From positions 1 to 54,561 of the forward strand of contig ADNK01001713.1 of the NCBI GenBank assembly GCA_000320545.1: a stretch of DNA of 54,561 bases, read 5' to 3'. Source of the stretch: Bigelowiella natans CCMP2755 (lineage: Eukaryota > Protista > Cercozoa). Made by a program: the position numbers and the translations under genes. Of the stretch, positions 13,051 to 25,979 are shown one piece after another; position 1 is the first letter of the stretch; each line of letters opens with the position of its first letter. Under the pieces are notes generated by a model that was not told the DNA's origin, searched no databases, and saw only the letters and a list, made by a program, of their open reading frames with translations.

Positions 13051-14100
13051 CTCTCTTCATTTGATGCTTCTGCTAGTCTGGCCAATGTCTTCTGACTCTG
13101 AACTAGAGTTTTGCTGGGTGCCCCCTCGGATGATCTGAACGTGGATCATCGTGTAGATGTGGCCTTTAGGAAGTTCCTACTCAGAGCAGATGCCTTGCGT
13201 CGCTGCCACATTGCTGCTAGTTGTGTTGTTCCACAATGGCTAGGTTGTGCCAATTCAAAAAACCCTGCTGATTCACCAGTTAGTCCTCACGAAAGCTAGT
13301 TCGAGGCGCTGCGTTTCGCACACTGCAAGTGTCTTGCAACATTTTGGAAGTGCAGTTCATCGTCATTGTCATCATTGTTCAACGCACGATGCGACGTGCG
13401 GCAGTTGGACTTCGAGACTTCGTTCTGGGAGGCTAGGATGCTGATCGCTGAGAGGGCTACGTCATCCTGCTACTTCCCTGTGATGCGGCCTGTAGGATCA
13501 TGATGCTAGGATGTCTCGACCGTGGTCTACCATGTTGGCTTGTCGCAATCGCTAGATCGCAGGTAGTCTAGCAGTGTTGTTGTCTGGATGTGTGGTCATG
13601 TCTAGATGTGGTGCTGATGGGCAAGCTAGCAAGTCTCAATCACACGACTGTGGCAACAAGCAGCATTGCAACCGAGCACATGTCTAGATGTGTGGACACA
13701 TGATTGCAGCGAGCGCGAGATGAGGAGGCGAGCTAGCGAGCAGGCGGCCGCAGAACCACCGCCGCTCAACTCTAGAACTGGTCCTGCGCTTGCGATGGTC
13801 GCACGCTAGCACGAGTGGTCGGAAATCGTCAAACCCAGTGGCATTGTCACACATGAGCACGTACATGCGCATCAAATCCATCAAGGAATTGAATGTCGCA
13901 AAGACGAACTTTGCAGCCCAACTAGCCATGCTAGCATGCAATGAGCAATCGATGGCACCACAATGGCATGCATGTTGTTGCTGGCACACACATGCATGCG
14001 CCACAGGGCATCGATCACGCATGCTCAGGCCGTTGCTTGTTGCGTTGCGTTGTTTGTTGGTTGCATTGCACGCGTGAATGGCATGGTGCTGAGGACCACA
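13051..14100. other. TpA-depleted island with CTAG survivors (degenerate repeat or mobile-element relic)
   Basis: Hand count of 27 TA: 17 CTAG, 9 CTAN or NTAG, 1 GTAC; CpG retained. Confidence 0.8.
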
Positions 14101-14240
14101 GTTGTAGTGCCGAGCGATGCGATCGGTGCGGTCATGTGGCACTGTGGTACAGCGGAGCAACTACGTGCAGGATGCATGACAATGATGGTAACGATGATAT
14201 ATTGGATCATTTTGCAGCTCCACTGTTCCTGGAGTAGCTA

Positions 14241-15549
14241 CTACTCTTGGTTGCCCTCACTGCTACTTGGATAGGGCTTCATCCGACGCTCCAAAATCAG
14301 TGTGATCTCGCCTTCTCCGTGCTGTTTGTGGAAAATCACGGGTGTGAAGGGGGAATTAACGAGTGTAAATGTGCGAGCATCGCCATGGATGGGGACGCAT
14401 GCGTGCATGTGATTCTGACCGACGCAGATGTGTGCAAGCATCGACGGAAGACAACCACGTCTCGTGTGGATAAGGTGAGATCAGTGAGATGTAGCCTAAT
14501 GAGAGCTCTCAACTCGTCGCTGTTCTTGTCGTCCTCTTCTTCTCAATCTTCCTTCTCTCTTCCACAACGCACGCACGCACGCACGCACGCGCGCACACAT
14601 GCAAACACAGCCTCCCAAAACACACTACGTCGCACGTCGCATGTGTATGTGTGGGTGAACCAGCTGGTCGCTGCGAAGCGCTCCGGTGATATCATCCCAG
14701 AACTTTCCTATCGATTTCGCCGGAGGGACACCGAAGAGAACACGCGCCTTCCTAGGCTTTTCCGCCCCCAGCAAACCTAGTGTCCCGTACCTCAGCGAGG
14801 CGGAGAAACAACAACAACAACAACAACAACGACAACAATGACAACAACAATGACGACGACAACAACAATTAGAAGAACCCATGATGCATCTTAAGAAGAA
14901 CCATTATGTTCTTTTTAGCTCCACGCTGGGACGAGAGGAGGTGGGGGGGGGGGGTATTAAGGGATCATTATCATCATCAATACAATCATCGTCTTCTCTT
15001 TGAACTCACTCAAACGTTGTGGTTGTGAAGGCTACGAGCACATCGCCTTCCTGGACAGCTTTTCCGGGCGATGACCCGATAAAAGCTCCGAGCTTCCTAC
15101 GTCGGAATTCACGGAGAGGATAAATAACCAACACCAAGAAACCAACACCAGAGATCATCAACAAAGATATGACTGCAATATTATATGGGTTTATACATAT
15201 ATAAATTCACATGTGTGTGTGGGGGGGGGGGGGGGGGAAAAAAAAAAAAAAAAATTAGGGGGAAATGGCGACTCACCATCGAATCCAATGGGGGGGGGGG
15301 GGTACAGCAGTGCATTGGCAGAGCATTTCAGGGACAGGCAAATTACAGCAATACCTTTGTTATCAGCGTTCCATTAGGAAGGATCTCAGCGACCTTCTGC
15401 ATGATGCGAATTGGAGTGAGCAGGAGGAGGGGGGGGGCAGGGAGAGACTTTGAGTTGACTACTACTGCTACTACTACTACGACTCTACTGCTACTACTCC
15501 TCAACTACTATTACTCGACTACTACTACTCTACTACTACTTCTCTCCAC

Positions 15550-15580
<31 letters not shown>

Positions 15581-15796
15581 TACATTAGTACTTACAAGAT
15601 GGCCATTTCTTCTTTCTCGCTCCTACTACTACTACTACTACTACTACTACTATCACTACCACTGCTACTACATTAGTACTTACAAGATGGCCATTTCTTC
15701 TATCTCGCTCGAATACAAGCCCAAGGGGACGTGGAATCTTCGGTTTTCCGCAGCACATACACGCAAAACACACACACACACATACACAAATACAGA

Positions 15797-15827
<31 letters not shown>

Positions 15828-16161
15828 AACCAAAAAAACCCCCCCTTAATGAGGACAATGAGAATTTTCTTAATTATTAGGATTCTCAGGTGGCAGAGAA
15901 AACGGTTACTGCCAACTAGAGATGAAACTCCATATTACATATATTTGTAACTATGTGTGTGTGTTTTGTGATTTGACGTGGCCTTCAACCTGTACTTTGA
16001 GTAGCTTCGATGGCTGAGAGGCCAGGGGGGGCTGGGGAAGGCTCCTCTTAAAACGAAATCGCCGGGATTCGTCGTTTGACTGCAGAAGTGTGGAAGTCAT
16101 GAATAAGACAAACACAAACGGTATTGCAGAAGCTGCGAGCGTGGACAAATGTGCGTGCGTA

Positions 16162-16197
<36 letters not shown>

Positions 16198-16528
16198 TGT
16201 GTGTGTGTGTGTGTGTGTGCGTGTGTGTGTATTTGTGAGCGCCCGCGCATGCGTCGTCAAGGTGCATCAGAGAGGGGATTGTTGTTGTTTACCCCGACGT
16301 CAACGACGAACTCCGTCTCGTCGTCTCTCTCGGGGATCGCTGGGGACGGAAGATGCTTGAAGACGCGCATAGCAATCTCTCCTCTCGACCAGAGGCTGAA
16401 TGAGTAGTATCGATATATGTGTATGTTATATATATATATATATATATATATTGTGTGTGTGTGTATGTGTGTGTGTGGTCTTTGCTTTGTGTGTGTCAAT
16501 AGCCTCTCATCATATTCTCTCCCTCTCT

Positions 16529-16574
<46 letters not shown>

Positions 16575-17969
16575 CTCTTCCTCTTCCTCACTTATTCCTT
16601 TTCCTTCCCCCCCCCTTCTCCCCGTTTTTTTGAGATTCTCGACACAAGTCAAACATACTCCTGCATCGTGTCCTTCCGATCTCCCCCTCCTCCGAGGGCT
16701 GCAGGCCAAATAGACGGTGACGATGACGACGATGACGAGGACGACGATGATGATGGTAGCGATGGTGATGATGATGATGATGATGATGATGACTCAAATG
16801 GGAATGATGCTGCTGCCGACTCCGAAGATGAAGATGAAGTTGGGGAAGATGGTGATGATGATGATGATGAAGAGGAGGAGGGAATTGCCATGGAAATGCG
16901 CTTCCACTGTGAAATACGCATCATACAAACATAGTCTTTAGTGCTGCGTACGAGTGCAAATACCACCATACATTAGTGTCCATAGCTGCAACGGCAGCAT
17001 GTGACCATTTGCTGTCGTGCATGTTTACCGTTATAACCGCATCTTTGCGCCTCCACGTAACAACGCCCTCACTGCGTTCTTCATCGCGTCTGCACACATT
17101 GGCAAAGCAGTTGAAGCAAATCAGCACTGACCTCATGCGAGAACTCTTTCGAGTCCTCGCATCGCCACCAGCTTGGCAGAGATTTGGCGTAAGTATGAGA
17201 CGTAGCGGCGAGAAGCTACCGCGACATTCTTTTTGGAAAAATGCGTGCGAGAACATCGACGTTCACACCCTCGCCCGAGTCAAAGACCCCGACAGTAGCT
17301 GTTTTGTGGCGATATATGCTCTAGATGAAAAAAGTCGTTTACATGTCCGTCTCCCAGCCATTGAGGAGCAGCGTGGTGGGAGATATCGGCCTCTTCAGAA
17401 TGACGCTGGCAGCAGCAACGTACAAGCAGCAAACATGAGACGAACAACAGACGTGAGGGGGATGAGATGGATGTCTTAACGCCCCCATATTTGGTTTGTT
17501 CTCCCCATTCGGTGTGCTCTGGTCGGATGTGATTTGCGTGAATTCGTGCGAGTTCGTGTGATTGTGTGTTTATGAAGCATCCCTCAGTTGCTCTTACTCA
17601 ATCGCCCCCGATCCCCATCGGACGAGGTTCCCCGAGACGGTGGAATTCTCCTTCACGCCATTCCGGCTTATATCCCAACGGCCCTGTAGTAGCAATCGTT
17701 TTCGGGGGGTTGGGGAGCGAATGAGTGGGTTGGGTTGAAATTGCTGAAAAAAACATCGATGGGGAAAGAAGATGCCACTGCAACTCGCCGACCTGTAAGA
17801 AGTCCACGTCGTTCGGCGACGGCTCTGTGGAGCGCGCAGCAAAAAGTCCTGCTACTATGACCGAGGTTAGAAGAAGTGTTTGTGGGATCGTTGCCCGAGG
17901 GCTGAGAAGCTTCGTCGAGCGCCTTGAAGACGAGGAGGATGACGAGGTTCCCCGCCACTTCGCTACCAC
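14241..17969 (-). CDS. Multi-exon protein with N-terminal hydrophobic leader and C-terminal PDZ-like domain, possibly plastid-targeted
   Basis: Spliced KLLKVQ|IPRPLGLVFERDRRNGHL|KVAEILPNG...VQEGDVLVAFTTTTF...HGEGEITLILER; leader QTLLLTSVIVAGLFAA; GT-AG junctions. Start and several exons are uncertain. Confidence 0.6.
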
Positions 17970-18041
17970 ACCATCATTATCATCATTCCATAGCGAAAGA
18001 TTGGATCAAAGTGCTTCGATACTGGTGGCGTAAAGCAGGAT

Positions 18042-18081
<40 letters not shown>

Positions 18082-18521
18082 TCTAATAAAACGCGCACCT
18101 TCCCTAGGCTTGTGCCTACACACGTTCCTTCTATTTGAAAGGCAAACACCGTTTTCGGGTAAGAAGGTATTGAATTCGCGCGCAGAGAGAGGCGCCAGAT
18201 TCGTCGGTTGAGGCCAAGCGACTCGCGAGCGCGCCAGCCCCGACAGGGCGACGACGGAGCGAGTGGCAACCATTGGAGCTCAGAAGGGCATTTTGCGGTT
18301 GGTTTCTCGTCATAAGAAAAACATGCGGTTTTTGTCCTGCGACAACCTCAACGATGCTATTCGGGATTCTTTATCTGCGACAATGGCAAGTCTGTGTCTA
18401 GGGGCCAGTTTTCGCCTAGATGCTTCGCCGGATAGATAGAGCTTGGGATTTTGCATGATATTGGCCCTAAAATTTACCCATGCGACAAGGAGAATTTGGC
18501 ATTTTATTAACTAATTCGAAA

Positions 18522-19076
18522 ATGCGTCGACGTCACGGAAACTACAGATCTACTGCGACGCTGACTCGTCCAGACGATGAGGTTGAGCATGGCGGAGGCC
18601 TTTGCATTGACATTTTCACCCCCATCATAATGCTCTTTGTTTCCTTCATTCACATAGCATTGCAAATTATCCAAATCTGATGAAGCTGGCGGACGGCTCA
18701 GTCCAACGCGAGGTGAAAGAGCTCCGTGCAAAGGTTGAGACGCTCGAGCGGGCGCAAGAGCAAGCTTCGCGTCAAGCCGAACGCGAGATAAAATTCCTTC
18801 GTGAAAAGGTAGAGACGCTCGAGCAAGCGAAGCAGCAAATTTCGCGTGTATCCTGCGTCGCTACGTTGACCTAGTTATTCATGTCGGTGATTCTGCGTAC
18901 ACACCCTATAAATCATATAGCTGACCATTAGCATTGCAAATTTTCCACATCTGATGAAGCTGGCAGATGACTCGCTCCAACGCGAGGTGAAAGAGCTGCG
19001 TGAAAAGATCGATACGTTCGAGCAGGCGCAACGGCAAGTTTCGCGTAGATCTTGCTTCGGAACGTTCTTCATGTAG
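18522..19076 (+). CDS. Small coiled-coil protein built from internally duplicated exons
   Basis: IANYPNLMKLADGSVQREVKELRAKVETLERAQ and IANFPHLMKLADDSLQREVKELREKIDTFEQAQ; heptad pattern; flanking AG/GT sites. Confidence 0.5.
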
Positions 19077-19091
19077 GTGACCTGTGCATGA

Positions 19092-19131
<40 letters not shown>

Positions 19132-19268
19132 GAGAGAGAGAGAGAGAGAGAAAAGTTACTGTATTCATATGATGTCCGTACAATAGACGCAACGTAATTC
19201 AATGTATGAGACCTATGTAATGAAATGATTAAATTGTTTTCGTCATCCTATATATACTCATGACTAGA

Positions 19269-19837
19269 TGAGACGGATGTAATGAAATGGTTAATAAATC
19301 TTTTCAATGGTCATCCTATATATGCCTAAAATAGCTATGCAAAGCGGTGGCTACATATAGAGCTAGGATAATGTTTGTTTGTGATGCAATGTATACAGCA
19401 CACATAATACAATCCTATCTAGCTATGTCTATATATAGGCATACAGCTAGATAGTGCTAACATTCACAGATTCACGCATTCAAAATACACATAGCGCAAA
19501 CGTTGAATATAAGCCGTATATCTGCATGCTAATGCTGGTGTGCAATGTATAAGCTAATGTGGCGCAGCATGATGCTGTACTGTCTACTATGCTACACTAG
19601 CTAGCTAGTACAGTCAAAAGGCTCATCATAGTACTCTTATTATTTATGCTGCTGCGTTGTAGTACGCTGCGCCTATGACGTATCGACAAAATTATAATTA
19701 TCGCCTGATGTTGCTGCATCTTATACCTTCAACTATATCAAAGCCGCCGCTTTGCACAAATACATTTCGGATTATAGCTAGATAGGATGACTATATTTCA
19801 AAAAAATGTGATCTTTTCATCACATCCATCCGTCTCA
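19269..19837. mobile_element. MITE-like non-autonomous element with about 90-bp imperfect terminal inverted repeats
   Basis: Left tgagacggatgtaatgaa...gtcatcctat...tgcaaagcggtggct matches the reverse complement of 19741-19837; extra partial end at 19207-19255; AT-rich non-coding interior. Confidence 0.7.
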
Positions 19838-20064
19838 CGACACATGATACACCGAAACAAGCAGCGCAACTAGACCTGCTTACATATTGCTATAGATTGT
19901 GCAGTCGATCATCGGTGGTCGTCAAGCGACTCCCGTTATCATAGAACGCTTTCATACATCATATTGCCTCCAGACATCATCATTTGCACCAATCGTATGC
20001 CAGCAGTTACAAACACTGTTTCAGCAAAGCATGCAGCACATGGCCCGTCTAGCCGTGTGCGCCA

Positions 20065-21436
20065 TCAGTAGTCCAATGACGATGAGTTGCTATCATCATC
20101 GCCGTCGTCTCCCGTCATCATCTTCTTCCGCATTTGCTCGGTGCGGCGAGCCGCGCTTCGCAGCAGCCTCCCCCTCGGCGCCTGCACGAACTGCTGGCCA
20201 TCAAACCGCACCGGAGTCTTCGAGGCTCGCAGCTCCTCCGGGACGGTGTCGGGGACGTGGAGACGGATGATCGGCATTTCTTTCGCATGCACATGTTTCC
20301 GGGAGAACGTGTCGGTCTGCTGCATGTGTCTCGCCAGAGACCGTCGCTGCTGCTGGCGGCTCTGCTGCCCCCACTCCCATAGGAGGGCCAGCGCGCTCTC
20401 CCAGTCCTCCGAGCTGGTGGAGCACGCCACGGAAATGTTATACCGCTTTGAGTTCATCGGCCTGGGGTTACGCTGCAGCACCTCCAAGGCCTTCTTCCAC
20501 TCGCCACCGGTCGCGAGGGAGGTCGCAAGCGACTCTATAATCACGCTGGAGGCCCCCAGTTCCTTCAGCTTTTTCCAACGCCCCCCCCCGTACCTCGCGT
20601 GTATCTCCTCCTGAATCTTCGTCGCCGCCTCCCACCTCCCCTTCGCTTCGCAGGCTCGCAGTGCGGCGAGGAAGGCGTCGATCTCCACGCCTGCCGACGG
20701 CCGCGAGATCATGTCCCCGAACACGCGCAGCGCGCGCTGGTCCTCCCCGCCCTGCACGAGCGCGTCCAGAAGCCGAGTCAGGACGCGCGAATGCCGGCCG
20801 GCCTTGTCGCCTTGAATGGCATGCCAGTACTGCAGAGCCCTCTCCCAGGACCCGACGCCCTCCGCTGCCAGAATGGCTGCGTGGGTGAATTCGTTGTGCT
20901 GGAGCCCGTTGGCAGTGACCTGGTGTAGCTTCTCAAGAGCCAGCTGCCACTCGCCGCCCTGAATCAGCGCTTGTCCGAGGGAGGTGAACGTCTGTGGCGT
21001 CCTCCGCAGTCGCATCCTGTCGATGCGAGAATAGAGGGACATCGCCCCCTGCCAGTCGCCGGCTCTCGCGCAGGCGCGGAGGGCGGTGTTGATGCTTTGA
21101 ATGTCCCATTGGACCATAGCGCGAGGCATCCACGTTTCGAACACGTGGAGCGCGCGTCTCCAGGCCTTGCCCCTCAGGCACACCTGCATCGCCTTGTTCG
21201 CAGCTGCGGTGGCCCTGTGTTTCAACGCGTGCTCATTAGCGTCGTCGTTATTGCTCTCTTCGTTTTTTTTCATCATCAGCATGAGCATGGGCATCAGTGG
21301 CGGTGGCCACCGCCCGTTGTACGACGGTAGCCACGACCTTGCAATTCATATACACTTACCTCTTCGAAATTCGCCAGCGCATCGCATATGGACGCAAAGC
21401 ACAAAAATACTTTCGCACACACACACACACACACGC

Positions 21437-21476
<40 letters not shown>

Positions 21477-22806
21477 CATATCATATTACAGTTGTTATCT
21501 GTCGTTCTGTCTACCTGCTGTCACCCTGAGCGGTGCCTTCTCGCTCCATCTTCTTCAGCGTTTTTATCGCAATCGCCCATTTCCCCCTGGGAACGAGGCT
21601 CGCCATGAACGCGGTGTAGGTGACCCCATTCGGCCTCAGCCCGTTCTTCTGCGCGTTGCGAACCAGCCCGGAGGCTTTTTCCCACCAACCGTGTCGAGCG
21701 CAGGCATGAATAGCCGCGTGGTACATGCAGAGAGACCGTCTCACGCCGAAGTGGCCGGCTTGGTCGAGCAGCTTCAGAGCCCGTCCTGGCTTGTCGCTGT
21801 TGCTGGCCGCGGCGGCTACAGCAGCGTACATCTGCGGGTGGTGGGGGTGGCCCGCCTCGAGCGCCTCCTGCATCAGCTCTGCCGCGGCCCTCCATTCTTT
21901 TCCCTTTTCGCAGGAGACCAAAGCCAGTCGCACAGCGTCCCAGGGCACCTTTGCCAGGCCGGGGTAAAGTCGTTTCGCGGTATCCTCCTGAGCCTGGCCT
22001 TCGCTGCCGCCACTGGGAGGTTGCACGGTTACCCCTTTGGATGTGTAGTGAATGTTGTCGTTTTCTCCATTCCCGTCGTTATCTTCTGCTGATCCTAGCC
22101 CTTTCTCTTGCGTTCGTCTTCCTCCTCCTCCTTCTCCTACTCCCTCCCTCCCTTCCTCTTCTTCTTCTCCATGCCGCCGGAGAAGGGAGAGCGCTATCGC
22201 CCAGTCGCCGGACCGCGACAAGGCGTTCAGGGCGAGCGAGTAGGTCACATTGTCAGGCTTCACCGAGCTCGAATCCAAGAGCGAGAATATCGTTGGTATG
22301 GCCGTTCTTGCGTTGGACGGTTTGACCGACCGAATCGCCGAGTGAAACAGCACACGATTGGGCCGAATTCCTTCCGCAGGGTCCAACGCTTTCATTAGCA
22401 ACCCCTGCGCCATCTTATTGATCCCTGCTTTTCCAGCCGCCGTGATAGCTTTAGTCAGAAGAGCGATCAAACGACCTTCATCCATATCGCGACGCTGTCT
22501 GGCTTCTTGGAGCCTTGCCACGTGCCATAAGGCGTCCATCCCGGCCGAGGGCCGTCCGTACGATGAAGAGAAAGAACGCCTTCCCTGCAAACCCATCTTT
22601 CCTCTTCCGCGTGCAACATCACCGCCTCTACCTCTTCTACCGACACCACGGTTTGGCTCTGACCTTGGAATACTTCCGGGCGGCCTAGGATAACTAGGGG
22701 CTTCATTCGGGAAAGGTTTGCTCAAAGGGGCGCGGCCAGGCCCTTGTGGGGGGGGATGCGATACGACGAAGAGGGTAGCCAAGCTACATACGAACGCAAA
22801 TTTCAT
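20065..22806 (-). CDS. Pentatricopeptide repeat (PPR) protein with N-terminal signal peptide, likely plastid-targeted; two main exons
   Basis: PPR motifs (VKPDNVTYSLALNALSRSGDWAIALSLL, LRPNGVTYTAFMASL, DIQSINTALRACARAGDWQGAMSLY); leader MKFAFVCSLATLFVVS; intron at about 21338-21525. Confidence 0.85.
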
Positions 22807-23333
22807 TATTAACTTAATCTTCCTCTCCAGGCTATTCCGAAAGGCGCCTGCTGGACCTCGTCGGCCCTTTCCTCCATTATTAGGCAGCTGCCAGTGGGGT
22901 ACTCCTGTGAGGGGTTTGGGAGGTTTTGTTGTCGTTCATGCATCAAACCTTTTCGATTTCCTCCTGCGACATGGAAATTCTTGCACCAAAACTACGAACA
23001 GGAATGAGAGGGGGAAATAGCAAGGATCTGAGTCCTGCGTCAGTTATTCCTTCATGACAATTTTGATGTATGCGGTCGGGGTTTTTGCATTTTTGAGTTC
23101 GTATGTGGGTCGTGCGGCAGGGGTTGGGAATTGTCGCCGTAAAAAGATGCACTTCGTATCAGTACAAATTTTATCATAGATATTTCCCCGATAAAAACTT
23201 GCCTACCTTGGAAGGAGACGTCATCCTTCCTTCCGCTCGGCCCCCCTCTCCTGTTTGTGGTAGTCGGAATTTACCATTGGCCACTGACCTGGTTTGGTTA
23301 ACTGGCCGATATGGCAGCTCATAACGTACGCAT

Positions 23334-24906
23334 ATGCTCGGCGACGGTAATAGTGATACAGAAGAATTTGACCCTCCCTCCTCTTCCTCTCCGTTCCATA
23401 CAAAGCTTACTATCCGCATTTGCAGCTTGATGCTGACAGCCTCCATCTCGTGCCCCTGACCGCTGTGACCATTGGAGCATGCACTGCGATATGGTTCTAT
23501 CTCTGGAACTACGACGTGCCGATTGAGAGGTGTTTTTGAGCACGCATAAATCTCACCTCGAAACATCTAAGACATGAACCCCAAAACCCTCCACCCTCTG
23601 GCCGCAGGTTCGGTTACCAGTACCAGAAAGTCGTCGCTGAACGCGAATGGTGGCGCGCAATATCTGCTTCCTTCGCCCACACGTCCCCTCTTCACCTTAT
23701 CTTCAATATGATGGCATTGTGGAATTCAGGTCATCCTGTGTCTCGTCATCTCAGCCTCACCTTCGCACATCATATAAAAGATACGCGACCTTCAGAGAAC
23801 GCACGCCGCGAATGTATGCGTTTATGCTTCTTCACAAATCAGCGACAATGGAAATCCACTACGGATGGGTCACGTATTTAAAGTACAGCTTTCTACTCGT
23901 CCTTCTGTCAATGGTTGCAGTGACAGGTCAGGCTATCATAGTCAACGTCATAAAGGCAAAAATAAAGATGGGCTGGTGCAATCACTACTCATAACTCTCG
24001 TAATTTACGATTGGCAACTATTTAGTGTTCTACTACCTCGCGATTCATCACTTCGAGAGAGACTACTACCGCCATGTCTACTCCCTCGGTTACTCCTGCG
24101 TCGTTTTTGGCTGGATGATGATTCAGGTGGGGGCATACGCTAGCATTGACATCCAATGGAACTGAAAGTATCGATGGTTTACAAAAATCGTCGATGTTTC
24201 CTCATGAATTCTGGGACTTCCAGAATTCATCTTATTGATTTCTTCAAGATTCAGTACATTTGGAACCACTGACTCACGCTATTTCTCTAGCCATTGTTCT
24301 TCAGCACTTGGAACATAAACTTACTAATCTCACCCCTCCCGCCCCCCTTTCTCTTCAGTGCGAAACGTGTGGAGGACAGATGTCGATATTCGGTCTTCGC
24401 ATACCAGCGCGTCTCGCACCGTTCGCGTCTCTGCTCATCACACAGCTCATCGTACCCAGAGCTAGTTTCATTGGTCTGCCATGCATTTCATGTCCACTAT
24501 CTCATCATCATCATCTTCTTCGTCATCATCTTCTTCGTCTTCATCGCCATCGTTATTGACACCATGCTATCGCCATCATCATCATCATCATCATCATCAA
24601 CAACAACAACAACAACACCATCGTCCACGTTATCACCACCACCCAGAGCCCTTTTCTGCGATGAACACATCCTCCTCCTTCTCATCCTCATTACGAACAT
24701 GCATACTCAGGGCATCTTTCCGGCATAATAGTCGGAGAAGTCATCGCCCTTGGCTTCTTCTCGTGGTTCATAGATCCATTATTTTGGGCCACGTTCGCGG
24801 TGTTCGTGGGTGCTGCTGCATACACGCTTCGACCGATCCTCTTCCAACAGTCGTCTAGCCCTCAGCTCGGACGTACAAACCGCTTACGCCCAGGTAAATA
24901 ACAGGT

Positions 24907-24948
<42 letters not shown>

Positions 24949-25138
24949 CCAAAATCGGTTAGAACGCTGCCTGTCGTGGTGAACCTCTCGTCTTAATGTT
25001 GCATGTTTTTGTTTTAATTTAATATCCGATGCTATGGAAGGTGGCTGGGAGGCTGTTCCAGCAGCCTCGGACGACGAGGAGACTGCAGTACGGACAGAAA
25101 TGAAGATCGTCAATGGCGTATTGGTGCGTTCATCTTAG
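23334..25138 (+). CDS. Rhomboid-family intramembrane serine protease (RHBDD1/plant RBL13-like), multi-exon
   Basis: Spliced EWWRAISASFAHTSPLHLIFNMMALW, SLGYSCVVFGWM (catalytic GxS), PRASFIG|HLSGIIVG (catalytic His); stop TAG at 25136-25138; start tentative. Confidence 0.9.
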
Positions 25139-25220
25139 CATCCATTAAAGCGAGTACGAGCAATGATGACCATGTGCATGTCATAGAAACAAGTTACTCT
25201 CCCGCACATTTGCATACGGG

Positions 25221-25648
25221 CCATGCAATGATGGACACAGAAATGTGCATGCATCACATTGCATGTCCATCATTGCATGATGTGCACGCTTTCGCACACT
25301 CTAGCTCTGTCTGCTGGCATGCAGAGCTAGAGAGTGTGCATCTGAGATTTGCTTCTTGTCACATGTTGTGGGCATCTAGCTAGATGTGTACATGCATGAC
25401 TAGTTCATGCGCATCGGAACATTGCGCAGCCCAGCAGCGAGAAAATTTCAGATTCAAATTCTCGGGACACCCATGCGTCCGTTCTAGCGTTTGAACTGCG
25501 TCCTCCTCGGGAGCAACAGCAGCGCTCACAGCTTGGAGGAGTTCTAGCGAAATGTTCGCTTCCTTCGTTTTTGTTTGCAGATGGCTAGATGCATTTTCGA
25601 AAGTTTGCTCTTCCTGCGCGATGCGAGCTTCCTGCACGAAGCCATCAA
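25221..25648. other. TpA-depleted island, left part; continues at 31365-31770 beyond the LTR element
   Basis: 9 TA, 8 of them CTAG; the right flank 31365-31770 has 4 TA. Confidence 0.75.
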
Positions 25649-25974
25649 TGTAGCGCGTACCACTACGCGGGCACAAGTCACGTGCGACAACAAAGGGGTT
25701 GTCGCGGATATAGAATATAGATAACGTAGATATTAATACAGCATAGGCACGTGGGTTCCGGCGGGACTCATGGCAGCACACCGGAAGTGTGCTGCCCCAC
25801 GTGCGGCGGCATTCGCGAAAGCTTCGCGAATGATTACGCAGTGCACGATTTAATAAAAATATAATCTTTAATAAAAATAAACACAACTCTTCAAAAGGAA
25901 GCAAACGTGCCTTTCCCCCCCCCTGCCTACTTGTGCACGTAGCGCCTCGGCCTGTGAACACCTTACGCGCAACA
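25649..25974 (+). repeat. 5' LTR
   Basis: tgtagcgcgt...cgcgcaaca; identical by eye to 31039-31364. Confidence 0.97.
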
Positions 25975-25979
25975 ACCTT

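Noticed and set aside
13051-14100. CpG methylation-deamination or classical RIP as the cause of TG/CA richness
   Set aside because: CpG remains frequent, and TpA, the product of RIP, is the depleted dinucleotide.
21338-21359. 22-nt mini-intron in the PPR gene
   Set aside because: GT...AG is present, but the preceding micro-exon has no convincing acceptor; cDNA is needed.
25746-25850. Hammerhead or HDV-like ribozyme in the LTR
   Set aside because: No CUGANGA/GAAA core, and the P3/L3/P1.1 arrangement could not be fitted on either strand.
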